Source: Gordius albopunctatus (taxonomy: Eukaryota). From it: DNA of 64,000 nt. Below, piece by piece: positions 1-11,700 of the stretch (within the stretch, counting starts at the first letter, position 1; each line of letters begins with the position of its first letter). The notes under the pieces were generated by a model. It was not told the DNA's origin and made no database searches. It saw nothing but the letters and a program-made list of their open reading frames with translations. Both the position numbers and the translations under genes were made by a program. The stretch spans positions 1,798,001 through 1,862,000 of the forward strand of contig OZ193910.1 in the NCBI GenBank assembly GCA_964276515.1. The letters are read 5' to 3'.

Positions 1-230
1 GCGATGGGTTGGATGTAACGTTCATCTTCCTTTGTACCGTTTTCAATTGTTGAACTTTAAACCATACCCAGCTAAGCGCTTTGACCACTTTTTGGCTTCT
101 TCGAAAACTTTCTCCCTTGTCTCATCGTATAGTATTATATCATCGCCATATAGCATACACCATGACGATGGCTTTTAAATATCTCTCGTTATCTTATCCA
201 TAATTATATTTAATAAAAAGGGACTTAAGT
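1..230 (-). pseudogene. Degenerate RTE-clade LINE reverse-transcriptase fragment
   Basis: Minus strand reads LSPFLLNIIMDKITRDI*KPSSWCMLYGDDIILYDETREKVFEEAKKWSKRL, which aligns by eye to LSPFLFNLIMDTITKDLHKPAPWTMLYADDIVLCDETREGVFHQAKKWSERF of the intact RTE ORF at 44857-47844; contains an in-frame stop. Confidence 0.85.
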
Positions 231-2273
231 TGATTAACCATATGTAGATTTTTCTCTTTTCCCCATATGAATTTTTTAAAATTCATATGATTTTCTTATA
301 AGCATCGTTAAGATTCAAGACGAGTAAATCGTCCTAACAATTTAATTGCATATCTGTGTAATAATTAACTAATAAACATTTTTATTCCATTGGTCACTTA
401 GGGTTCAGGCACCTTTGCCAAAAAGGTCTTAATTTTTTTAAAGAGGTAAAAAGACATTCTCCCCCGTCTAAACTTTCGGTATTTATTATACTGAAACAAA
501 ATTTTGGTATTCTTATAGCCAAATACAATTTTAAATCTTTCGTGGATTATTGGGCAATTTTGGAAGATCCTCTCGATGATGATATATCAGAAGAGTTTAT
601 TTATATTATTTTATTTCACGCATTTTATTTTTTATATTTCATGCAATTTTTGTATATTACTGTCAACGGATTTTTAAAAAATAAACTTATAAAATGGATT
701 TCAATAATCAATCATTTTCATTAATAATTATAATTCATTAACACTAATTTCCATGATAGGGTTATTGTCGTGGTTGTGTACCACGCAGTATATTGTACGT
801 CTCCTTCCCCCCACCCTCCTACCTCGCTTTGTTAGACGTGCATTAATGCATACGCGTTGCCCATCCCCTCATCTCTCTCCCTCCTCGCTGTATGATTCGC
901 ACATTAATGCCAAAATGCGTATCCCCCATCACCTCTCTCTCTACTCACTTTATTATAGGCGTACCAGTTCAGATCACGCGTGAACGATCGTACTGGAGAT
1001 CGCATCTTTCTTCTGTTCGTTTTGGAATCAGATTTTAGTTTCGCGTTTTCCATAAAATTATAATGAACAATATACGCGTTTCCCAACCACGACAGCTATT
1101 TAAGTTTTATAGCCCTTGCCACTCAGAAGTAAAATTATAAAAGTTGTGATTACAAACCACTTATTTGCATATTATTTGCGCCGCCACTTATAATAAATTA
1201 TCAACTCGCGCCGCCACTTAATTTGATGTTATATCCTTCCCTCGCACCACCACTAACCTATATGTATTTGACACATCTTATTTGCATGTTACTCTACTAT
1301 ATATATGTGGAATTTTATTTAAAAAATTAGATTTTTTTGGTTTGTTCGTGATCCTATTATTCCCCCATCCGCGATCCTATTATACCCCACTCCCCTATAA
1401 TAAATATGTGAAATGGTCCTAAAGATCAGTTATAAATAGAACAAACGTTTAAATACCAATAAAAATTTCGATTAAAAGGGGTTAGATAAGACTCTGACCA
1501 AATCATTCTTGTAGGCAAACAGTTTATGCATATATTTACATGCAACTTTTTGTTAAAGCTGCATAAATTTGATAATTATCATATGTTTATTAAACTTTTT
1601 GACTATATTATTTTAAATTTTTATTAACTTGTTAATCGTACGCGCACCATTTATACTGTCATCATAATATAAGCATACTCCCAAAAATGATAGGAATGTT
1701 ATGTAATAGTTTGTAGGAATTACGTATGCAAAAATCAGCGTAATTTTTTATAACCCATTTTTAAGAGAATCTATGCAAAATTTAAAAACTTCTATTTTAT
1801 TTTTAAATAAAAACTTGAATGGGATGCGTTTCGTAGTTATTATTTTTTATGAGGGTGTCATCAAGCGAGGTGCGATTCGAGTTTAATGGGGGATAATTCC
1901 GATATTTTCGAATTGGTATATTATAGTTATATTGTTTTTTTATCTTCTTGTTTATAAATAATCGCCTTACGTGCTTATTGTTTCAACTAGGTTATTATCA
2001 TAATTAAGGCTTAGACCTTTTTCTATTTTTTATAAATATAGGTGCATTCAAAATGCATCATGCATAATAATATTGTTGTAACTTTCTAAATAATATTCAA
2101 ATCCCCTGCATGTATTATAATATTTAAAATATACGGAAAAATTTATATTATAATAACTTTATTAGTATTGAAGTTGTTGTCTAAATAAAAAGTGTACTCA
2201 TTTTTCTAAAATTTAAACATACCAAAAATTTAAACTGCATGTATATACTACAAGTTTTTGATATTAAATTTAG

Positions 2274-5200
2274 GACATCCCCTATTTAAGTATAAGCCAT
2301 GAAGGCCATTCAGGACACAATCAAATCTCATTTGTCACTACACATCAACAAATAAATCATCACCAGCTATTTCAGGATTTGAAAAGAGAAGCACAACCCT
2401 GCTCAACTTCTTTGGAGGATCAAAGAGTATAAAAAAAATTTTAACAAATTTTTTCATGCAAAAATACTTATTTTCAAAAATTTTTACCATAATACAAAAA
2501 TCTTTTTGTCAACTTTCTTATTGTAGAATTGACCAAATTATCTTTTTTGAGTTATATATATATTTTTTTTAAAGCTATATTAGAGTTAACCACACATAAT
2601 ATAATTTAAATTTTAGAATAATTTTGGGGCTACTTTAATTTATCTTTGCAGTTATATTGCTTTATTAATTTATACAGCTACATTTATCGCTGTTATTGAT
2701 ATTCTTCATAAAATAATCACACATTATCTCAATGCTATCTTGTGAAGGCAAAATTTACAAGGACACTCACATCTAGATATTTTAAATGTAAACGTGTGTT
2801 TGTGCCTTAAGGTTTTTATTAAATTATCGTGACATTTGGTAGGAAACAAACTAAGCACGTTTTATAAACTTAAAATAATCACTATTTTTCTCTTTTATTT
2901 ACGTTTGATCAGGTTTTGGTGAATTCTAGAGCTGGGGAATCTCCAATGTGTTATGCTAGGAATACTGCTGGAACTAATTTTTCTGCAATTTCTCAGCCTC
3001 TACCAGTTCCTGAATATAGTATAATTTTCATGAATCTATATAGCACACACTTATGTGTATATCCACATGCAATTCAACAATATTTTATTAGTTCAAAGAC
3101 CTTAAAATACTAAATAATATCTCACTAAGTTGATAAACTAAGTTATTATAACAGTTTATTTTATGATTTTTTCCAAAAATAGATATTTATTATAAAAAAT
3201 TGATTTATTTGATATAAATAAATGAAAATAAATTCAAACGTTTTGGTAGCTTTTCTATGGCTGAGGTGCTTAAATAGTAAGTATCCAAGACCTCCCCCTC
3301 TCTTTTTATATGTAATTTTTGTTTATTAAATTTTCAAATTAACCTGGCTACCAAAATCTAATTAAATTTGAATATAATTCCTAATATTGCCTCTGCTTCA
3401 AGTTATTATGGCATATTTAGCTAAGTTTTTTATAAACAATCATGAAATCTTAATTTTTATAAAATTAAGGTTTAATATTAAGGTTGCTATAGTTTTTAAT
3501 ATAAAATTATAACTCCTTAACCAATGAAATTAATAATCTTTAAAACTCTACATGACCAATTCTTTTATATTTTATCAAAGAATAGATAATTTAAAGAGAT
3601 TTCACTTGTATAAACTTTAGATTTGTGATCAATTTACGTATTAGCTACCGGTCCTGACTGTTTCAAAACCTGTTATTCTCTTATGCATCATAGACTGAAT
3701 TCGAAAATTATTATAATTTTTGCATAATTTAATCACAACTCTCATTAAATTTTTGGCACTTGTTTGAACAATTCATTACAAAAAAATGTGGGCAAAGTTT
3801 TTTAAACATTTTTTTTGGTATTGCCTTAAGATCAAAAACTTAAAATGCCTTTTTATTTTTAGATATTTTAATATGGCAACTTTGTATTGAGTGTTTAGAA
3901 ATAATCCTGATTTTTTCGAGCTTTTTAAACACATTGCTTAAAAAGTGATTACAATGGTGGGGGTCCTGAGAACCTTAATATTGCTATAACTTGTTATTGC
4001 ACTTTATTTCTTACTTTTATTATTCAATTTTGTAGTCATACTTTTAGAATTCCCTATCTCTCATAATCTATGAAAATGTAGTTCATAATAATTATTTCTT
4101 TTTTAAAATATTTGAACACCAATCTTTTACTAGATTTATTGAATAACATTTTTATAATTTATCATTTAACCTCATCTCGATCCTTTCTATAATTAGCACT
4201 TTTAACTATGCCTAAAGGTAATTGTTTGAATGGCCAAAGCAACGTAGCCCGTTATGATGGTGGTTACACCAACCAAAGCTCCAATCAAAATTTCAATCCA
4301 GTCTCCCAAGCTACGAGATCATTTCAAAATGGCCTCCGTTCCATCACGGACATTCTACCTAGCTTTGGGTCATCTTTCATTCACCAAACATCTGCAATTA
4401 TTGGTAAACCTAGACTTTGCTTACCCTTACATGTCCAGGTCATAATCATGCTCCTTATTTTTAAACAGTTGCCTTCAGCGGCTTTAAAAAGGTTAATGGC
4501 GATAACGACTTTGAATAGTACCTTTAACCATGAGCGTAGCCAAGGGTGGGGGCAGGGAGGGGCGTCTGCCTCCCTCTAAATCCAAAAATTTGCTGAAATT
4601 ATGGCTGAAATTTCAAAAATGTTCATTTTACCCCTCCCTGAATCATAAATGCCCCCCCTCTAACTCCAATCCTGACTACACCCATGCCTTTAACGATTAA
4701 AATTTGGTCTAGATTTGGGCCGAAAACTACTTTAGAGTGCTCTCGGCTCTTTATCAATTAAAATGTGTTTAACTTAATATTCACCACGAGGTATCAATGG
4801 TATACATATATAATTCTGGGGGCTTCATTTAAATAAAAAAAGCTTCTTAAATTGACCACTCACAGACAGTATATCGGCCGATCTCACGAACTTGGAATCT
4901 CTTCCCCGCAAGCAATCTCTGCCCGTTTCTTCGACACACCCCACCACCGTTGGTGGTAGCTACGATAATAGTACCCTTGCACCCTCTACTACGCATTGTG
5001 CCGTGAGCGAGAACGAAATTCAATCTATCATCAACGCCAACATAAGTTTGTTGAGTACGTGGCAAAAGCAGCTGGAAGCCATGTCCTCCTTTTACACCAA
5101 AAATATTCTACCCAAAACGCCTGCTCCCACTGCAGCTGCTGCCCCGTCACCGTAACTAACTCTCCTCCGTTGTTCAACTCAACACGGACTATCCTCTGAA

Positions 5201-7102
5201 CAGAACTAACGGTGCCTAATGATCATTACAACATTTTCAAAAATATTTCTCAACTCTTGGGAAGTGGCAACGAGAGTTTCGACAACGGTCCGACCGCAGA
5301 CAACATTTTGGATTTATTCGCCAAAATGAATAATGCTAATCTTTTACCTCAACCGAATTCTAACGCTGCCGCTAGCCACACCGGCGGAAATCCCGCAAAA
5401 CAACAACCGAGAGTTGGTCTCTTCTCTTAAAGCTAAGCCCGAAAGTCCCGAAATTAAGCGATCCTCCTCCTGCTCCTCCGATAAACGAGGGAATCCCGTG
5501 CCGTCCGGGATGGCTGTCTGTTCATTTTGCGGCAAGGCATTTAAGTTCAAGAGCAACCTACACACCCACGTTAAGGCGGTGCACAAAAAGATAAAACCCC
5601 ACACATGTCCTGTGTGCGGTAAGACGTTTAGCCTAAAACAGAATATGAAAACTCACGCAAAAAACATTCACCTTCGAGTCACTGCCCATAGCCCCACCCC
5701 TAGTACGATCGAACAGGAACCTACTCAGTTTCAGAATGGTTGTGATAGTGACGACAATCTCTTCGCCGCAAATCGCGTAAAACTGGAGCAACTCCAAACT
5801 TCATTTCCTCCAGTATCTTATCTCGAAAGAGTGAGCACCGTTAATAATAATAACACATTTTCCTCGCTCGAAGATCAGTATCGCAATCTCTTGTTATCGG
5901 CCGCGGCCGCACAAGTTGCCATATTCGGTTGCCCCGACCCTATCACCAACTCCACTACTCAATTGTTCCATAATAACTACGGTGGCGAGGAGGGCGCGCT
6001 AAACGATATTTCACCTAGCTTGCGCGAAGAACACGTAGGGATGGCAATAGCCGCTGTAGCTAATCAAACGTACGTTCCGCCCATTTGTCGGGCCAAGAAA
6101 AAACTTAAGATGGCTTCGCCCTGCTCCGCTCCTAAATCTACGGATTTGCATCACGATTCTAACCCCTTTCCCACCAACAATGACATAGATCAAGGGACTG
6201 ATGTAAAATTATTCGATCCGACGTCACCTCCTTTCCCGACACCACCACTTAAGAGCACGCCCGAGGGGGAAAATAGCGATTTGCGAAGTAGTGGCGAAAA
6301 CATCCCTCGTCCTGTCGGTGCTCCCCGCAGAAATGTCACAGACAGCCGAGATCTCATATATTGTCCGCAATGCCCGAAAACATTCACCTTGAAGGGCAAT
6401 TTTAACGTTCACCACAAGATAGTGCACGAGAAGGTGCGCGAATTTTCGTGTCCCTTTTGCTCTAAGCGGTTCGGTTTGAAAGCCAACATGTACATGCACG
6501 TCGCTAACGTACACAAAATGCGCGGCGCGGGTCTTACGTCCCCTCAAAACAATTATACCAATGCCAGCCCTACAAGTAGCTCTAAGCGAGATAGATCTTC
6601 GCTTAAAATAAGCCAATCCATACCAGGTGGCGACAATTCGATGAGCGCCGGGAGTTTGAGCGATTCTCAGAGCAATAGCGATCCTCAATTTTATAAAGCT
6701 AATGACGAAGAGAGTAAAATGGCGAATCTCGTTCTGGGTCCCGAAAACACGGATAATATGTTGGCGGTGGCTTCAGTTTACTTACAGTATTTACAACAAC
6801 AGCAATTCAATTTAGACAAGGGGAGCGTCGATAATAAAAACAATCAAAATACTACTCAAAAATCGAACACTTCATCGCTCCATCACGATCCTTCCCTTTT
6901 ATCATCCCACAATGATAGGCCAAGCCGAGAAGATGATCATTATCATCAGGATGATGATTGTCGTAATGACGAATATCGTGCTTACGGAGAAAGTGGCGTT
7001 CAACAATCGAAACATATAAACGATATAAATGATGCAAACTGTGGCCGACTTATAGCCTCTACCCTCAACACCTTACACGATCGTAGGACATCAGCTATTT
7101 AA
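2274..7102 (+). CDS. C2H2 zinc-finger transcription factor (two tandem finger pairs). Inferred exons 2274-2426, 2913-3018, 4197-4403, 4866-7102; last exon interrupted by six stops at 5153-5430
   Basis: ORF 5333-7102 holds four C-x2-C-x12-H-x4-H fingers (CSFC..HVKAVH, CPVC..HAKNIH, CPQC..HHKIVH, CPFC..HVANVH). Upstream GT-AG exons join in consistent phase (0,1,1). Start codon and the path through 5153-5430 are uncertain. Confidence 0.8.
4529..4686. mobile_element. hAT-like MITE (CATG(A/G)GCGTAGCC termini) with 8-bp TSD
   Basis: Termini catgagcgtagcc / ctgactacacccatg; direct repeat cctttaac at 4521-4528 and 4687-4694. Related copies near 11117, 30909, 40020-40192, 58157-58328 and 62930-63058. 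Confidence 0.8.
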
Positions 7103-8102
7103 GAGTGATAGTCACTCCTTTTAAATTATTATACCAAATATAACGCTCTAAATAGTATTTATAGGATTTACTACTTGCCCCTAAGTTGTGAACGTACTTT
7201 AAATCACTACCTTTTTATAGCGTAATTTATTTTAAAATTTTGCGAACGTGTGATCTTTGGATTATCCATCGGAATATTTTAAATATCCACCATTTCGCGA
7301 GTCGTTATTTTATGAGTTGTAGTTTTGTCCTTGTTTTTAATCATTACATAATATTCCACTTTTTATTTATTGTTTTATTTATTACGAACTTTCATTGTAT
7401 GACATACCTATTGAATCATCAAACCTGAAATATAATATTGTAATTATTTTAGAAAAAGAATGTGTATTATGCTTGATGCTGATGAGGTTGTGTAGGAATC
7501 AATGAAAGTGCAAAATGTCGGAAATAATTTGCAATGTAATTAATGATTTATTTCAAAGTTATTTGGGGCGGTGATTTCATTATATTTAAAAAAAAATAGG
7601 GTTCACTATTGAAATTCTTGTAGGGTCCATGAGATGCTTGAACTTAATTTTTATCATAAATAATCTAATTAAACGTGGTCTTATTTGTGTGACTTTATTG
7701 TATTAAATTGTATATAATTAGTCAAACATATAAATAGTTTTTTATTACATAACTTAATTTAGAAGAAAAACGATCAAAGTCAATGAGAATATGAGTTCTT
7801 TAAGCAAATTACAACTTTTTCACGCAATCCAACAAAAAAAATAATTATCTTGTATTGATTGACAAATTTTGTGAATTAAGTGTAATTATAAGTATAAATT
7901 GCTCATAAAACAAAATATTTATATTACTTTTATTTGCATATTTAAACAAATTAAAAACTCTTTTGGATAAGAAACATTGTGCAACTAATACACTATTTTT
8001 TCGTATAATCTGTGTATATTTAACTATCCTCTATATTAGCCTTATTATTTTCAATTCGTCCTAAGTATTTCGACATTAGATTACAAAATGTAACACTTTG
8101 CT

Positions 8103-8408
8103 ATGGACCTAAAAAATGCAAACGATGAAGAGAAGTTGCTGATATGTAGAAAATATTATTTTATAGGGTTCGCCTTATTGCCATTTGTATGGTTTGTTAA
8201 TTTTATATGGTTTTATGAAGAAGCTTTTAAAAAGCCTATATTCCCAGAACAGAAAAAGATCAAGCAATATGTGATTATCTCATTAATTGGATCCCTTACT
8301 TATTTTACCTTATTTGCTACATGGCTTTCTATATACTATATGAATCGAGTGCGTTGGGGAGAATTTGGTGATAAAATTTCGCTTGTCATTCCAAAAGGAT
8401 ATTTGTAA
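8103..8408 (+). CDS. PSENEN: Gamma-secretase subunit PEN-2, single exon
   Basis: 101 aa with typical PEN-2 motifs (EEKLLICRKYY, GFALLPFVWFVN, WGEFGDKISLVIPKG). Confidence 0.95.
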   Translation: MDLKNANDEEKLLICRKYYFIGFALLPFVWFVNFIWFYEEAFKKPIFPEQKKIKQYVIISLIGSLTYFTLFATWLSIYYMNRVRWGEFGDKISLVIPKGYL

Positions 8409-8706
8409 TGTATAATTTTATAGTAAATTTGACATTAATGTTACCAGTGTAAGCATGTTGCTGCAAATTTTTTATACAAAATCTTATAATTGCCTTATTA
8501 TTTATCTATCATTCTTAACTTCTTAATACATCTAGTTAAATTATATTATTAATAGTATTTAAATAAAACTGAATATAGCATATATTTAATCTATTCTATG
8601 ATTATAGTGTATTATATAAAATTATGCATTTGTTGTATAAATTTGACAATATCAAATTGTAACAATTTACACTTCACGTATCAGTGCAATAACAAAAAGC
8701 CAGAGA

Positions 8707-11700
8707 TTAATTGAAGTTAAACAATATGAATCTCTTTCCTTCCCACAAAAAAATAACTATTACTATTAGGATGATGTTCTTGGCAGTATTTTGATAAGGG
8801 GAAAATAAGTATGCACCTTGCTGTGTTCTAGCCTACAAGGTTTTTAATTATAATTAAGTAAATTAGTGTAAGTTGAATTGGGCTTACTTTGTAAATCTCA
8901 GGTCTGGACTAAATGAGAGTACCGCCATTTTCGGGGGCTGGTTCGAATTTCTTCCGCGCTCGTCAAAATCATTCCGCCGACTTATAATGGCGGCACATGC
9001 TATGGCGTTACCCTTACAAAGGCGAAGCATGTCATTACCGGTCGCTTGAGGTTCGTCGTCGAGTGGGAATGGTTCGGGACACCGAACGCCCTCCGGAAAA
9101 TTCCGAGTGCTGCCTAGCAAGTCGGCGGCTTTTCGGAACCCGAGTTCGACCTCTCGGTAAAGGGCTGTGCCCCCGGGGGAGTGGGATGAAGAGTCACGTG
9201 ATTGCTGCTCCTCCCTTCGGTAGGTTTCGTAAGACCATCGGGAGGCGCCGGGAGGGGTGAGAGGCGAAGTGCGATGTCCGAATCGAACCTTAAACATATG
9301 ACACACTTATATTATTATAATTAAAGAAATCCAAACGAGTCAGTAAATCGACTTCAAAGTTTTTAAATTCACAATTAATACCGATCTACAAGAAAAAACC
9401 TCCCCCAATTTGATGTGTTGTAATTTCTGATGGAGTATTTCACACGGAACAATATGTTTATAGTTTTCCCCCTGGACGTCAAGATTTTTGGTCTATCCTT
9501 CTTAGTCGACCACTAGAGAAAGAGACCAGAGTTGACCGTTAGTCTTAAATAAACCAAAGGTCGACCAAACAAGCCCCAGCCATTTTTACAACACTAATAC
9601 TACCACCACTCTCCCAACTCATTAACTCCCGCCCCCTTCTCGAGCGCTAAGCGAGCGACATTATAGCCTGAACTTTCAAGCTTACGCAAAGATTTTGCCA
9701 AACGATTTTTTATCACCTTAATTTCTTCATACCATCCATAATGAACTCCAAAATATGTTGAGACCTCTGTGATCCTTCCCCTCTCACACCACCAAAAGAT
9801 TATTTATAACTCAAGTTTTGCACGTCTCCTTTACAAAAAATATATAATGCGAGATTCATAATTTAGGGTGGGCAATCGGCTAAAACATTTTCATCAAATT
9901 TGTTTCATTGTGAGAAGTTAAAAAGATAATTTGGGGGTCGGTATACATATTGATGTCTTAAGATAATAAATCACTTACAACTACTCATAGGTATTAAAGT
10001 TAGAGATTATGTGTACGAGTGTCAAATATTAATCGGTTAGCCTCTTTGAACGTATTGTAAAATCAATGTAAGATCAAAAGAGGGCTAAATCATCTTGACA
10101 AAAATTGATTAGATCACCTCTTTGAAGAATTCATGATACCGTTGAGCATGGAATTAATTACTTGTTTAAATAGCCTTTTTCCTAGGCCAGATTATGGTTT
10201 CAAAAAGAATGATATTAAGAATAGTAAAACCTAGACAATTCATTGAGCTACCAGTGGAGTGGATGTGGCTTTAGAAGACTCTCACTTAACATGCAAAATG
10301 TCATGTTTGTTTAGTATCAATAATAATAATTATCAAGCAATGCCCATGCTTGCTGAATTTAGATTGTGTTAATAAAAATTAAGAGCTACATTATTAGAGA
10401 CATAGGATTAAATTAATTTATTGTTCAACAAACCTGATGAAGCGAAAACAACAACAACCCATCACATACAAATATTTATTAAAACCAAACTAATTTGCTT
10501 AATATTGGACTTATCTTTGCAGTCATAATACTTAAACTATTAATTCCAACTTTTCATCAATAATTAATTAAGGTTTTCAATGATAAAAATACAATATTGA
10601 GACATTAGATAAAATTTGTTTGGCGTTTTTGTTAAAGATTCACTCGTTTCCAACTAAATTAATCTACTATTTTCCAACTCTAAACTCACTTTACCTTTTG
10701 AGTGGTGAATTCGTATTCAGGCTTATCAATTTGGCTGTCAATAGACATGGCCAGCGTGCATTTATAATAACTCTGGCACAAGATGCTAAAAATTGAATAA
10801 TCAAGGACTCTATCTTCATGGCTATTCCCTTGCTCCAATTCGTAACCATTCCTGGATGTGAGTTCTGATGGGCTAGGCTTGTAATCCATTATCATAAACA
10901 TGGCATCCAAGTAGGCGTATATTTTACTCAGATACCTGTAAGTAGAAGATAATTCAACTTTAAAAACAACAATTGTAATAGGACATCATGAGTGTAGGTT
11001 ACAATCAATAATTTATGCATAAAGCCAATGGTAAAATTAAACCATAAATTGCATGTAGCAATCAAAAATTAGTGACACTCTTGCAGAGCATTAAAGTTAT
11101 GAGCATAAAATGTTTTCATGGGCTTAGCCAATGGTGGGGGGGGGCAGAGAGAAGTGGCTGCCCCCTTTTAAATCCAAAAGGTTGTTAAAATTTATTAATA
11201 TGGCTATAATTTCAAAAATATGATCATTTTGGCCCTCCCTATCAATATTGCCCCCCTCTCCAAAATTCTGGCTACACTAATAAATGTTTTTCATTGTTTC
11301 AAATTGAAACAAAATAATAAAAGATTATTTATCTACCATATATTAATGTTTATGAGTCCTTATAAGTATCGGAGGTGAGATATGTTTAAAAATTTTGCCC
11401 AATTCTTCTATGTGCCCGCAATTCCGTAGCCCAAAATGATGTTTTTTCAAATTTTTAGCAACAAAACTGTTAGGTTATACAAGAATTATTAAATGCTATG
11501 CAATTTATGTTTATTAATTTTTGATTTTTTTGGGGGAAAAAACTAGAACTATAAAATTAAATAAAAAAGTGACAAAATAACTTTTGCCTCTGATAAGTAT
11601 TGCCAATAAGTGTTGATAAAAATAAATCCCAGAAAATATGAGTAGGCATATTTCCCTTTTTAAGATCTTATCTGAATACATATGATAAATAAACTCAAAA

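Noticed and set aside
830..1290. Short palindromes and small direct repeats (tgcattaatgca, cgccgccactta) and ORFs 753-983 and 904-1086
   Set aside because: No recognisable domain or element boundaries; may be promoter or decayed repeat sequence.
5153..5329. Stop-codon reassignment, in-frame readthrough or selenocysteine as the explanation for the zinc-finger gene stops
   Set aside because: Staying in the original frame needs readthrough of TAA 5153, TAA 5207 and TGA 5327 and gives a hydrophobic Trp-containing peptide unlike the rest of the protein. Other genes here end normally on TAA and no SECIS was recognised. Disfavoured, not excluded.
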